A DNA stretch of 62,804 nt, filler included, from Globobulimina sp. (taxonomy: Eukaryota), in the NCBI GenBank assembly GCA_003354225.1. It is 25 parts of 25 records of this genome, joined end to end, with 100 filler letters (N's around TTAATTAATTAA, not from the genome) between each part and the next. Parts side by side here need not be neighbours in the genome. Positions count along the whole stretch, not along the records: positions 10,073 to 12,490 come from PIVH01006800.1; positions 12,591 to 15,008 come from PIVH01006801.1; positions 15,109 to 17,526 come from PIVH01006802.1; positions 17,627 to 20,044 come from PIVH01006803.1; positions 20,145 to 22,561 come from PIVH01006804.1; positions 22,662 to 25,078 come from PIVH01006805.1; 19 more parts are not named here. One strand, given 5' to 3'. This document shows positions 11,337 through 23,787 of this stretch, piece after piece (within the stretch, counting starts at the first letter, position 1; every line of letters begins with the position of its first letter). The notes beneath the pieces are model-generated. The model was not told the origin of the DNA, searched no databases, and worked only from the letters and a program-made list of their open reading frames with translations. A program made the translations under genes and the position numbers.

Positions 11337-12461
11337 ATGTATTCCCGAATTATTGTTGTATTGATGTGTTTCTTTGGTACATTAAAGTGTGAAGACTGCA
11401 GCGCCACCATATCGATGGATGATGAAACTGCTGCAATTGTAAGGTTGCTCGCTACAAATGCGCCAAGGGTATTTCCTCATGGATTATCCGGAAATAATAT
11501 ATGTTTTGAGGTTCCTGTGTATGACTTAAAGTTAATTTTATGCATCAAATTAGGCTTTTTCATACACACAGTGCTTCTGAGAAAGTGTCCTGTTTATTTA
11601 CAATAAATTTACACGCCTTCATCCGTGTTTAATTTGGATATATGTCTATTTTATTGGGTTAACAATATAGCTGAATTGAATTATGTCATATATCCAAATT
11701 AAACCAGCAATACATACATTAAATAATTACACTATAAATAGCTATTGAATGTATTTATAATGTAAGGAGCACAAACAACAGACACTGTTTTTATGAAAGG
11801 AGCACAAATTAAATTATCTACAAACAATCTACAAATATTAATATAAAAAACAAATCAACAGTGGCTGTCAAGTAGCAACAGCCTCACATTGTGGCATAAC
11901 GCAAACTGTAAATGAATGCGAAAATGCATTGAGTACAGCAACCGATATTTTTACATTCAATGATGGTGCCACAATAACATTTGGTGGAGTGTATGGAGTA
12001 AGTCCTGTAGTCGCAGGAGCCGATGGTTCTGATATTGGGCGTGTTATCATCGGGATCGATGCTATGAACGATAATATTGTAAATAGTACCGGTGGATATG
12101 AAGGGGTTACTGGGTCAAGATCGGCCATCGGATTTGTTACATTTAATCAAGACGGAACTGCAGATTTCGATGTTTTTTTTACATTGAATTTAGGTTTTAA
12201 TGAAGCTGTTGATGATGATAATGAGTTAAGTGCATATATATGGTGTCAGTGGAGTGTTGTTGCAAATTTATTATGATACATAGATCAAACGATTGGTTTT
12301 CAGTGTTTTTTGCTGGAAATGTTTCAGATAAACAGAGTGCAACAATGCATTTTGATCCTGCATTGATAAGTAATATGTGGGCGTTAGTAATCGGAGTGTT
12401 ATTAGTAAGTGTTGGGCCATGTATTTGTGTTTTTTATCGTAAAAATTTTCGGGATTATTGA
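11337..12461 (+). CDS. Multi-exon secreted/TM protein, possibly dirigent/allene-oxide-cyclase-like barrel
   Basis: Signal peptide MYSRIIVVLMCFFG; TDIFTFNDGATITFGG..IVNSTGGYEGVTG; intron 12225-12283; C-terminal TM. Confidence 0.4.
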
Positions 12462-12590
12462 AGGTATATAAACAAAAAATAAAATGTAGANNNNNNNNNN
12501 NNNNNNNNNNNNNNNNNNNNNNNNNNNNNNNNNNTTAATTAATTAANNNNNNNNNNNNNNNNNNNNNNNNNNNNNNNNNNNNNNNNNNNN

Positions 12591-13515
12591 TGGGAAGAAC
12601 TGCCAGCGCACTATAAACGGCAAACCCGGCGGGGAGGGCGGCTTCAACCTGACTGGAACGTACATTGACCAGCATATAGGAAATTAGTTCTGAAACACCG
12701 TGCCGGTTGAAGACAATTTCGATAACATACACGCCCATAATGATCGATGCGGCGGAGAGGCCCGTGCTAGTGAGTCCGGGGATCATCGCGTTTCTGAAAC
12801 CATGCTGCCAAATAATGCCCCGGTTGGAAAGGCCAATGGACTTGGCTCGGCGAATATAATCTTTGCCTAATTCATCGATCATGGACGAGCGGGTAACCAG
12901 CCCAAGTGTAGCCAGATGGACCAAACTTAGTGCGATCGTTGGAAGGATCAAATGTTTCAGAGCATCGAGAGTAACATCAGGTCTGCCATTGAGCAGTCCG
13001 TCGATGGTGATCAAGTAGGTGTAGTTTTTGAACCTCTCATGATTAATTATCAGCGCAGACTTCAGGCTAACCTCCCCAGGTGGAAACCAATTTACCCCAG
13101 CATAAAAAATACTGAGGAGTAGCAACCCCAGGAGAAAGGGAGGAATCGAAATACCTATAAAGCTGGTCAGTCGGAATCCCCGGTCTAGTAAGGATTCTTT
13201 TTTCCATCCCGAGTAAGTCCCCAATAGCAATCCCAGCGGGATGAAGAGCAACAGAGAATATAAAGTAAGTTCCAAGGTTGAAGGGGTGCGGACGAGCAGG
13301 GCCTCAAGTACATCTTGACCGACATTTGGGCTCCAGCCCCAATTCCCTTGGATAAGTTGAGTGAGCCAACGAAAATATTGAACCGGATAAGGATCGTCTA
13401 AGCCATATTCTCGGATGATCACATTGAGCACGCGATGGATTTGTTCATCGCTCTTTGGTTTGTACTCGTCTGGCAAATAAACTGCGGCTCTGGCTTCCAC
13501 TGGGACGAGCATCAC
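12591..13515 (-). CDS. Bacterial peptide/nickel ABC transporter permease (DppB/OppB family), truncated at both ends
   Basis: YGLDDPYPVQYFRWL..GNWGWS, TLEL, HLILP, and EAA-loop region DYIRRAKSIGL..HGFRNAMIP. Confidence 0.9.
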
Positions 13516-15008
13516 AATTGCGTAAATCTATTATGTCTACGTTTCAGGAAATGGAGCATACAAAAAAGACTCAACATATTAAAACATTGACCATCTTAAA
13601 ACTTCGTATCTCAAATCCTATAATACGTATATTGCCAACACTAATCTCATTTTGTTTAAATGCAACCTCTATAAAAATGGAACTAGAATACCCGAGTCAA
13701 CAGAGCATTGAATTCGAAATGATGCATAATCGGCGAGTTGAAGCAAACCGCCTTGATTTTAATGATGATCACCATTCGCATCACAATGAGGATGATTATA
13801 ATTCATTAATGGTAACGGAAGAGACTGTAATTAAATATATGCGACAATTATTTCATACCATTTCGTACCTACCAAATGTTCAAGTTTTATTCATTCGATT
13901 CATTGACTTTCCGTTGGATGTTTACAAAGATTATATTTCAATGTGTTTCAATTTAAAAGCCACAAATTATAAATCTTTTCCTTCCTTAAAATCGCTAACT
14001 TTCCCAATTGATAATAATAACATTCGCGTCTATATTGAGCGAGAATATTGGTCCATGTTTAAACATTTTATTGATAGACATCATTTGAATCAATTTACAT
14101 TGTTGTTGGATGCAGAAATGTCACATTTAAATGATATTTTTATTCAAGCAACAACCAATTTATTCAACCAATTTTGCAATGTATTTCTACCCACTTTATT
14201 GAATAGAAAATATGCATTAAAAACGTTGGGCATTTTAGCGCAATCTCCAATGAATGTGTTATGTGATAATAATGGAATGTGTTATTCACTGATAGCTCCA
14301 TTTTTTGATTTACATTCAATTCATTTGCAAAGTTTAAACGAATTTAATTTATATTTGCCAAATACGCCAAATATGAATGATATGTTGCGTTTATTAACAT
14401 TTATCACAGAAAGTGAGAATAAATTAATTAAATTTCGATTGGAATTGCCAAATAATTTCAGATATAAAAAAGACACCAAAAAATTGTTACAAATAATGGC
14501 AAAATTTGTCAACAAAAACAAACAATTAAATGAATTGCATTTTCATGTTACAAAAATTGTGAATAATATTGGAATTAAACAGTTATTTAAAAGTATTCGA
14601 AACCATCCAAATTTAATTATATTTGAAATGTCCGAGATTCAGATTAATGCAATAACATGGAATGCATTTCTCGACATTTTTCATAATGATAATGATATGA
14701 ATACCAAACGGAACACAAATTTACAAGTTTTTAAGCTTCATTTTAAATATAAACCATGGCATAAGATTTTAGAAAATAAAAAATTAAATATGTCCAACAA
14801 TGATATATTGACAATCATTGATGTACTATTTAAAAATCAGCAATATTTATATCAACAAATAAAAATATTTGAAAAATTGATGAAAGACATATATAATATG
14901 AATATGGATATAATTCTTATTCTGAATTCCTTCATTTTTAATCAAAATATATTAACAATGAAAATATGTGGTTTATCGCATGAAATTAAAAAGAAAAATA
15001 TTGATTGT
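13516..15008 (+). CDS. Eukaryotic RNI/LRR-like hypothetical protein, truncated
   Basis: Long AT-rich ORF with LxxLxL repeats (FPSLKSLTF, LKTLGI, LNELHF, NLQVFKL). Confidence 0.5.
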
Positions 15009-15109
15009 NNNNNNNNNNNNNNNNNNNNNNNNNNNNNNNNNNNNNNNNNNNNTTAATTAATTAANNNNNNNNNNNNNNNNNNNNNNNNNNNNNNNNNNNN
15101 NNNNNNNNA

Positions 15110-16988
15110 CACCCCGCAGTCGCAACAAACCCGACAGTAAGGAGTTTTTACAAAGAGTGGGAACAGCAAACCCCCCCTAAAAGTCCACCAAAATGGCACC
15201 TACCCACTGGTACGTTTATGAAAGCATTGCAGGAATTGCCAGATGGAAAGACGGGCGGTATTGGACATCCCGACAAGGAATTGCATGCAAAGATGTATGA
15301 TTTATTGGAGAATGGCAGCAAAATTGAATAGAAATGAGGATGCAGAATATCCCCTCAATGTTGATCAGCATATACAACGCTGTGAAACAGTACAGAAACG
15401 AATCAAAGATAAGGCGCTATGGGGGCCTCATCATGAAAATAGAATGCCGGAAGGATACGAGGATTATCATTTAAATCCCGTATTTTTCAAAGACGAAACG
15501 CCAATCGGTGGGAAGAGGAAGGAAAGAATGATTGTGGACTGCTCCAAAGCCAGTACACAAGGATTTGCACCAAATGATAATATCTTCGAATGGGAGAAAT
15601 CGTGCGAATATATTACGATACTGACAATAATTAGAATGATTGTTAGCTGTGGCATAAAATGGATGGTTGCAGCTGACGCACAAAATGCATTTAACAGAGT
15701 ACCAATAAATAACAAATTTATCAGATGGTATGCGATGAAGATTGGAGTATGGATCTTTATGTGGACAGCATTGGTATTTGGCGGAGCATCAAGCTGCAAT
15801 ATATACGCTATGTTTGCAGGTACATTGGCGTGGATTATCGCAAATACGTACCAGTATATATTCTATATTGATAATGTATGTATACTCAGAAACTATTTGG
15901 ATGACTTCTTCGCGGGACATAGAAGCGAAGCAATGTGTTGGCAGCAATATTACGCTATAAAATGGATGTTCCAATGGCTGGGAGTGCCAACACAGGAAAA
16001 GAAGTTAATAACACCAACACAGATATTGATATGGATTGGTTTTATTATTAATTTGATAACGCAAACGCTATCAATACCGATGAACAAAATAACAAAGACA
16101 TTAATGAAAGCAACCATTTTAATGGAAGCACATAAGAAAAAACAAGACGTGGAAGCACGGCAAATATCGCAATATATTGGAATTGCAAGACATATATCAT
16201 ACGTACATTATTATATAATACCGGGACTGCGGAGATTGGAGGAAGCTGTGTCGGGAAAAGACCCAACGCAGAAAGTGAAAATAACAGTGGAAATGGCCAG
16301 GGATATCGAGATGGTCATGAAACCCATCAGAAAATCACAGAATAACAGCATCAAATTCAGCTGGTTGCTATATGACAAAGCAAGCGCTGACATGACAATA
16401 GAAACTGACGCCGCTGGAAAGCTTGGCATTGGAGGCATTGTGATGGAGGATACGGGAATGTTTTATGGAACAATGTACCATCAAATGACTGAATGGAATG
16501 AAGCCAATCCACCGGATATCGTATATCTGGAACTTATGGCTATATATGTAATGCTAAAAATAAACCCGGAGCAATGGACCGGGAAAGCACTACTTTTATT
16601 ATGTGATAACAAGGCAGTTTGCGCCATTGTGGCCAAAAAATGTGCCTGTTTCTACAGAAAGGATTTGCAAGAACTAATAAGGAGAATATGTGAATTATGC
16701 AACGCTTATTGTTTTTATATATGGATTGAATGGATTGCATCGCTTATGAATCCAAGAGCTGATGGACTATCGAGAGGAAAGCCATACGCATTGGAAACAT
16801 GTGATAGAAGTTGGAAACTCAGAAATAAATCAAGAGAGTCACTAAAATATGCAAATGAAGCTTTAACTGTATACAAAGAAGCAAGGAAACGGATGGCTAA
16901 TTTGAAAGGAAAACGCAAAGAATGTACATGTGATAATCAATTCGCATGCGAGCAACAGAAAGTATATCCAAAATGGAGAGCAAATTAA
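15110..16988 (+). CDS. Pol: reverse transcriptase + DIRS-type RNase H; apparent frameshift near 15325-15335
   Basis: RMIVDCS..PNDNI, DAQNAFNRVPI, LVFGGASS, YLDD (15894-15905), WIGFII; RNase H ETDA, LELMAI, CDN, N.RADGLSR. Confidence 0.92.
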
Positions 16989-17095
16989 TAAACTTGCATT
17001 GCTAACTTTTTTTTCTTTTTACCAAAAGTCGATTGTTTTATCTATTTAAAGTTACACTTTATTCGTAAAGTAAAGACCTTAACCTTACTAACTAG

Positions 17096-17526
17096 CAAAA
17101 AACCTGTTTGAACATACAACTAAAGGCGCGACAAACGAAACGGTTCAAACCGAGAAGAATGACAAGACAGCAATTTCAGAAAAAAAGACAAGAAAATTGG
17201 CAATATAGACATGCGCCAAACACCAATGAACAATATGGATCAATAGAAAAGTATTGGACAATATTTAGCAAAATACACGAAAGACCGATCGACGATTTTA
17301 GTGAGAATAACATCATAGATTACATGATATGGAATAAAGAATGTAAGAAAGCATTCGGATGGACGGCAATCCATTCACATCAATATGGATTAAAAGATAT
17401 TGCCCTTAAATATAACAAGAACATAAAAGTCGCAAAAGAGTATATGCCAAACCTGCATAATCATAAAATAGCAGAAAAGAGGCAAAACCCTGGCAAGGGC
17501 GGATCGAGACCGATCGATGAAACAAT
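17096..17526 (+). CDS. Tyrosine recombinase N-terminal core-binding domain, 3'-truncated
   Basis: APNTNEQYGSIEKYWTIF..IIDYM..TAIHSHQYGLK..SRPI resembles the DIRS/Cre-like YR N-terminus; position after RNase H fits. Confidence 0.65.
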
Positions 17527-17711
17527 NNNNNNNNNNNNNNNNNNNNNNNNNNNNNNNNNNNNNNNNNNNNTTAATTAATTAANNNNNNNNNNNNNNNNNN
17601 NNNNNNNNNNNNNNNNNNNNNNNNNNCATATGACACTTGTGTGGTCGATGCAGCAGACAAAGTCAGAGCAAAAAATTTTGTTGTGTTAGAAAATGGTGAA
17701 TATCGGTTAGT

Positions 17712-18119
17712 TTGGATATATGTTTACAAAGATTAGCTCAAGGACCTTGGGGTGAAGCTGCATATAAATGTAAAACTGGAAGTATTGAATTAGGTAAATA
17801 TGGAGGGGCAGTCGGTACAGTCGTAGATTTAGTCAATAAAGAATTACAACGCGAGTTTAATTATACAGATCCTAAACATTTTCAAAATTTGTTGGCCTAT
17901 TCAAATTGTATGCTATTCACAATTCGTGTATTATCAATATGTGGTCGAGTTATACCTAAACCAGAGAAAATATTGGAGAAAGCAGAAGGATTTAGTGCTG
18001 AGGATAGTGGAAAATTTAAAGCAGCATGGAATGCTTATTGTGCACATTGTAAAAAAAATATTGAAAGCGCAATAATAAATATAATATACTTATTAAATTA
18101 TATACAAAAATACACATGA
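17712..18119 (+). CDS. Hypothetical protein fragment
   Basis: 135-aa ORF with protein-like composition; no motif recognised. Confidence 0.35.
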   Translation: MDICLQRLAQGPWGEAAYKCKTGSIELGKYGGAVGTVVDLVNKELQREFNYTDPKHFQNLLAYSNCMLFTIRVLSICGRVIPKPEKILEKAEGFSAEDSGKFKAAWNAYCAHCKKNIESAIINIIYLLNYIQKYT

Positions 18120-18346
18120 TACACAGTGCACTTATGTGCTCCTATGTGCATACATGTGTATTGCTACTATGATATTCCAATGCACTCCACCATATGGTTC
18201 TAGACACTTGGTGATGATCTCACAAAGCTCCAACAATTCTAATTCAAAAATGTGACTCAGAAAATGTGAACTAGAAAAGTCAAGCTATCATCTGCTGGTA
18301 GGTTAGATAAAAAAAAGTCGACTTAAGTGTGCAACTAAGCTGAACC

Positions 18347-19885
18347 ATGGGTTGTCTTCTATCTCCAGACATTGAGAATGGATGTAGCGGAGAAGCAGAT
18401 CCACACAAAGCTGTTAAAGAAATGAATACGCCACGTTCTGGATCGCGAGAAGCCAAAAAAAATACTCCAAACACCAACCAAAAAATCACATATGCAAAAT
18501 TCGAGTCCTTCCCATCCGTATCAGACCCAGAAGACATAACTCCCGACGTAATCAACAAAATCAACAAAGACACCGCCAACACTGCTTTTTCACCCAAATT
18601 GCAGCAAGTCGCCCAAATGGTAGATTTAAATCAAATCATCGCCGAAGATCGAGAATTAGAGGACGTGACCATCCCAAACAATGCCAGCAACACTGCCAAC
18701 GACATCTACCCCGATGATTATAGTGACTCCATGGACGAATCTGACAAAATCAACCAAGAAACCACCATTTATGAGATCACCGACGACATGAAATCCAACA
18801 TCGACGTCTTAATCGCGGACAAAATCCATGAATTACAAAGCCTTCCGGGCACCAACTACGTGATGCTTGAGGGCACTTTTTCCACCAAAGCCGGCAAAAA
18901 AAATGGCAAAACCAAAACCAATCAAGATTCCTGTTTCGTTTTCAACCAATTTGGCCCTCAAAATATCTTGCAATTCTACGGTGTGTGCGATGGCCACGGT
19001 CCTTCCGGACACAATGTGTCGCGATATTGTGCTGAACATTTGCCTCAGATTTTGATCAAGGACCCCCAGCGTATATTGACTACACTATGCAAACCCGCAT
19101 ATGCTTTGATTCAAAGCTTCAAAGAGTTAGAAAAGCAGTTGGACGCAGAGAAAGAGAGTGGCAAATTGCAATTTGATATGAGCGCGTCGGGGACGACAGT
19201 TTCCTGCGGCTTGCGGGTGGGGAATTATTTATATTTGGCCAATTTAGGCGATAGTCGCGCGGTTATGGGCGGCTATGACTTCAACACGAATAAGAACACG
19301 ACCACATTTAGCAAAATCAAAGTGAGCTCACGGCAGTTGACCACTGACCACGAACCCAAGAATGCCAACGAAGCGCAGAGGATCAATCAGAGTCGAAAGG
19401 GAAAGTTATGCGTAGAGAATGACGGCAGCAGTCGGATACAGATCAATTTGGTGGACGATAAGCTATCGAGTCCCCGACTCAGTCTGTTGCAGTTGAAGCA
19501 GACGTACGGTGTGGACGCGTTGAAGCAGTTACAGAGCGTCAGCGCGTCGGTGAGCAGGTCGATTGGCGACAAATTGGCCCATAAGTATGCGGGCGTTATT
19601 AGCGAGCCTGATATTATTATTCATAAATTGAACAAAGACGACTTGTTTGTGATGTGGGCATCGGATGGGATTTGGACAGTGTTGGATAATGAGGATGTCA
19701 CGAAATTGATTGGAAATAAGTTGAAGACTTGTGCTAAGGAGAAGGTCTATGATGGATTGCAGAAATTGAATGATAGGATCGTGAGGGAAGCACACTTTGT
19801 ATGGGAGGATGAATTTGATGAGTATGTGGATGATATCACTGCCGTGATTGCCAGGATTGGCACTAAAGCATTGTATGATGAATAA
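18347..19885 (+). CDS. PP2C/PPM family protein phosphatase with a predicted acylated N-terminus (MGC)
   Basis: NQDS, VCDGHG, SGTT, ANLGDSRAV, DH.P, SRSIGD, ASDGIW, DDIT motifs. Confidence 0.95.
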   Translation: MGCLLSPDIENGCSGEADPHKAVKEMNTPRSGSREAKKNTPNTNQKITYAKFESFPSVSDPEDITPDVINKINKDTANTAFSPKLQQVAQMVDLNQIIAEDRELEDVTIPNNASNTANDIYPDDYSDSMDESDKINQETTIYEITDDMKSNIDVLIADKIHELQSLPGTNYVMLEGTFSTKAGKKNGKTKTNQDSCFVFNQFGPQNILQFYGVCDGHGPSGHNVSRYCAEHLPQILIKDPQRILTTLCKPAYALIQSFKELEKQLDAEKESGKLQFDMSASGTTVSCGLRVGNYLYLANLGDSRAVMGGYDFNTNKNTTTFSKIKVSSRQLTTDHEPKNANEAQRINQSRKGKLCVENDGSSRIQINLVDDKLSSPRLSLLQLKQTYGVDALKQLQSVSASVSRSIGDKLAHKYAGVISEPDIIIHKLNKDDLFVMWASDGIWTVLDNEDVTKLIGNKLKTCAKEKVYDGLQKLNDRIVREAHFVWEDEFDEYVDDITAVIARIGTKALYDE

Positions 19886-20390
19886 GTGAGTTTTTTGTTT
19901 GTTTGGTTATTATGTATAATTTGTATATTTTGTTCAACGACATAGGAATATATAACGTTTTTAACTTTTTTAAGCAACGCGTTTCGTAATTATGATGGCT
20001 TTTTAGGTCGGTCAGGGGCAAAACGGATCAAGGGTAGATCCTGANNNNNNNNNNNNNNNNNNNNNNNNNNNNNNNNNNNNNNNNNNNNTTAATTAATTAA
20101 NNNNNNNNNNNNNNNNNNNNNNNNNNNNNNNNNNNNNNNNNNNNAGGATAAAGTATACAATTTCAAAAGAAAAGTGTTCTAAACACGTCCTATTCTAAAG
20201 TAACTCCAAAAGTTGAAGTCCGACCACCAAAATGAAAATTAGCTCAATAGTTGTCTGCAGTGTCGGTATCGTCAGCAAACGTTGGTAATATTTAAGGAGA
20301 TTGGTGGTGTTGAAAAACACCTGGTTTGCGAGAAATTATATAAATTTACCCTGAATTAAGTTTGCATAAATTGAACTTTCTCACTCATGT

Positions 20391-20846
20391 TTAAAATGCT
20401 TGCGATTCATTTTCAGAGGTCTTGTTTTGTGATGATTTACCTTTTTTACTTTTTTTATTTTTTGGCAATAAGGCTTCGTGAATATTGCCCAGCACTCCAC
20501 TGCCCGGAATAACTGCATTACCAAATACTACATCCAATTCCTCATCAGATCTGATGGCCAGTTGAATGTGTCTCGGCGTAATCCGTTTATTCTTATTATC
20601 TTTGCAGGCATTTCCGGCCAGTTCCATGACCTCAGCACAGATATACTCCAAACAGGCTGCCATATAAACGGGAGCTGTCGCACCATATCTTGGAGAATAT
20701 GCGCCTTGTTTTAGCCACCGAGCAATTCGGCCCACAGGAAAAGTAAGTCCTGCTTTGGCCGATCGCGTTTGTTGTTTTCTTTGGGCTGTACTTCCTCTTT
20801 TTCCTTTTCCTCCTTTTCCACTTTTGCTTCCTTTTTTAGCAGGCAT
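20391..20846 (-). CDS. H2AX: Histone H2A, H2A.X-type
   Basis: [44 protein letters not shown]-terminal SQAF. Confidence 0.9.
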   Translation of the reverse strand: MPAKKGSKSGKGGKGKRGSTAQRKQQTRSAKAGLTFPVGRIARWLKQGAYSPRYGATAPVYMAACLEYICAEVMELAGNACKDNKNKRITPRHIQLAIRSDEELDVVFGNAVIPGSGVLGNIHEALLPKNKKSKKGKSSQNKTSENESQAF

Positions 20847-21257
20847 TTTTTTTTTGTGTTAATAAAATAAGATTGAGAATGTTAGAATTGTTTTGTGTTA
20901 ATAGAAGTTTAATTTGTTTTGTGTTGGTGATAAATTGTTACAAAATATGTTTATTTGTATTAGGAATATTTATATGCGTATTAAATATGATTGGTATATA
21001 ACAGTAATATAACATACACAGAGTATTATTCTGATATTTTTTGAGTAAAGAAAAAAAAAACTGAAAAATCTCTATCTGTTTATTTGTATCGGATTACATC
21101 CTTTTAGGAATTTAGGAGTCAAATTCTTTCTCACTCGTCGCAATCAAAACGAGCAAAGTTTGTTTTATTTGCAAATGATTGTCATAAATCTGCGCAGGGT
21201 TTTGCTGATTATTAATAGAACAATAATAAATAACAAAAACATGCAAATAATAACAGG

Positions 21258-21512
21258 ATGAATACTGAACAAGGCAGATTGGTGGAAATCTACATTCCTC
21301 GTAAATGTTCGTGGACACACAAACTATTATCAGCCACAGAGAGAGGAAGCGTACAAATCAATGTAGCTGCGCTAGATCCAAAGACTGGAGTTTACAGAGC
21401 TAATGAATTTGATACGTTTGCATTTGCTTCAAAAGTAAGATCGGACGCTGTGGTCGACAAAGCTCTCTGTAAATTGGCTTACAAAAAAGGAATAATTCCA
21501 TTACGTATCTAA
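21258..21512 (+). CDS. RPS21: 40S ribosomal protein S21 (eS21)
   Basis: MNTEQGRLVEIYIPRKCSWT..SVQINVA. Confidence 0.93.
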   Translation: MNTEQGRLVEIYIPRKCSWTHKLLSATERGSVQINVAALDPKTGVYRANEFDTFAFASKVRSDAVVDKALCKLAYKKGIIPLRI

Positions 21513-21917
21513 CAAAAAAATCATTAATTATCAATTTATCAATGTATTAACCATGAATTTGAATACAAAACAAAAAAAAATGACATGTCTTTGTAACTTT
21601 TTGTTGATTAAAAAAATTTAAACTTATCCTTGCACTCAAATAATGTTTTGAATTTACAGACTTTTCCCATGAAACTAGAAATAGCACCAAACGAAATTCA
21701 ATATCATTTAAAACAATAATTGATTTGTTTAAATCAGATCTTTGACATCTTGAGTTTTTGAAGAAAGTTTTTTGAAGTATCAACCGAAAAAACACCAAAC
21801 AAAAAAAACACAAAAATTTAACAAGAAAGAACCACAGAGTGACAAAAGTAATTTATTTACAAAAACAATCGTTTTTATAACAATCTATATGGGAAAATGC
21901 GCAAACAACCACAATAT

Positions 21918-22534
21918 TTATTTTGGCTTAGATGATTTATTCGTGGCTTGTATGATTCTCGTCAATGTGTCAAACACTGTGGTCGACCGATGTATACGTT
22001 TTAATTTCCATCCATGAGCGTGCGAGTCGTCACTACCCATCAATATGATGTCAGCCATATCTTTAAAACATGGACAACACGGACTGTACGACAACATACA
22101 CCAACAACAGCCCTGTTGCCGTTGGACATCATCCACATTCTCATAGGCCATTGAATCTGTTACCTGTGTTTTATATCCATCAATACGCAGAATCGCATGT
22201 ATATATATTATATGTATCATACTCTGAGACAACATCCCTCCCATTCTTCGCCAATGGCATAGGAAGCAGTTATTTTATATTTTGGTTCAAAACAACCGCA
22301 CCACATCCAAGCAAATGCATGATAACATGTTCCGCGGTCCAGTGAATTATAGATTATATTCTGATCGACAAACCTTGTTTCTGCTTCGATTTGGACACCC
22401 TTCACTTCAACTTTCTGATGTTGCCGGTTTTTCATCTCATTGACTCGTTCATGGACGATCGCGGTATCCAGTGTCTGGGCCACGATATCCATCTGGTCGT
22501 GCATGTAGAGGTGGTTGTCGACGGCATAGTCCAT
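21918..22534 (-). CDS. Cys-rich hypothetical protein (bacterial-PH-like C-terminus); intron 22164-22222
   Basis: GTATGA..ACACAG splice joins ..EGCCLR to VTDSMAYENVDDVQRQQGCC.. Confidence 0.55.
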
Positions 22535-22661
22535 TGTGTATGCTTAGTGCTTTCAACTAATNNNNNNNNNNNNNNNNNNNNNNNNNNNNNNNNNNNNNNN
22601 NNNNNTTAATTAATTAANNNNNNNNNNNNNNNNNNNNNNNNNNNNNNNNNNNNNNNNNNNN

Positions 22662-23060
22662 CTCGAAGCCCTTTTCGAAGGAACTGGCGCCGACTTGGGA
22701 GTCGTTGATGTGTTCTGTTTCGGTGAGGTTTGCCTTTTCTTCTTGATGGTGGATGTCAGTGATCTGTTTGTGGCAATATGTGAGACCGAGAGGTATGGAG
22801 TAATCCGGCGGCGACACTTCTTCTCGGAATTGGATCTGAAAGGCGTCCGTATCACCGATGGCTAGCAAGTCTTCCATAGCTTCTTCGTTTAGGATGTTGT
22901 CCGCGTTTATATGGCCGTCGTCGTCTTCGAATTCGTTGTTGTAGTCGTCGGTGAGTGATTTGTTGTTGATGGTAATGACTCGGAGGCCGGCTTGCAAACC
23001 TTTCTTTTGCCAAAAGTAGGGATCGCCTTCGTTGTCTTGGTCGTAATGAACCATACTCAC
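22662..23060 (-). CDS. Hypothetical protein fragment (possible PDZ-like)
   Basis: KKGLQAGLRVITINNKSL resembles the PDZ GL..GD.I..IN pattern. Confidence 0.35.
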
Positions 23061-23787
23061 ATAACAACAACCATTTTCTACTACGTATTCAAATGGCAGT
23101 GGGAATCGAAGGGAGATTTCGAATTCTTTTTGTAAATCTGTGGTGTTTTTGCTATTGTTAGCATGTGTTTAGGTGTTATAAAAAAGTACACGAGATATAC
23201 CAAAATAATATTTTGGAAAGTATACGGTAAATAATTGCGCCATTATACGTAATCTTGTTTGTAGAGTTTTTTTCAACTGGATTTAATTTAGTTTTATTAT
23301 TTTTTATTAAAATATTAGCTTTTGCTGTTAGCTCACTAATTCGGTCGGTATGTTTTGCAAAGAGGACAACAACAATAATAAATGAAAAAAAAAACATTTT
23401 CTCAATGTTTACATGTTTATATTCGCATTTGTTTGCTTATCTTACTTACTTACGCACTAATATTGGAATTAAAACATCCAGAAATTAAAAAAAATATATT
23501 ACATAAAAATACAACAGATCGAAATTGAGTATACAGATAATATTACAAATTATATAATATTACAGAAATTATATAGTCAAATAATAAAAAAAAAGAAATA
23601 AAAGAAAATATTCAAATTGAGTTTGGAAAATTGTACAACATTGACATAACAAATGAAAATAATTAATTTCAAATCGACTCTCGAGCTCAACTTGAATTCC
23701 CTTGCGTAGTAATGATCAGATCATCACATATTTACATTGAAAAGACACCACAATACACACATATTTACATTCATTCAGTGCATGACT

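Larger units (their letters stand above)
15109..17526 (+). mobile_element. Tyrosine-recombinase retrotransposon (order DIRS, Ngaro-like), internal fragment
   Basis: RT-RNase H ORF directly followed by a YR N-terminal ORF; purine-rich coding strand; fills the whole contig. Confidence 0.88.

Noticed and set aside
13455-13515. Overlapping ABC-permease/LRR and integrase/43096-44460 ORFs as real overlapping genes
   Set aside because: The overlaps coincide with abrupt composition changes and are read-through across chimeric junctions
15243-16988. Bacterial retron, DGR, group II intron or defence RT
   Set aside because: It has a fused DIRS-type RNase H and downstream YR-like ORF; no VTG/NAxxH retron motifs, maturase domain or TR/VR repeat pair seen
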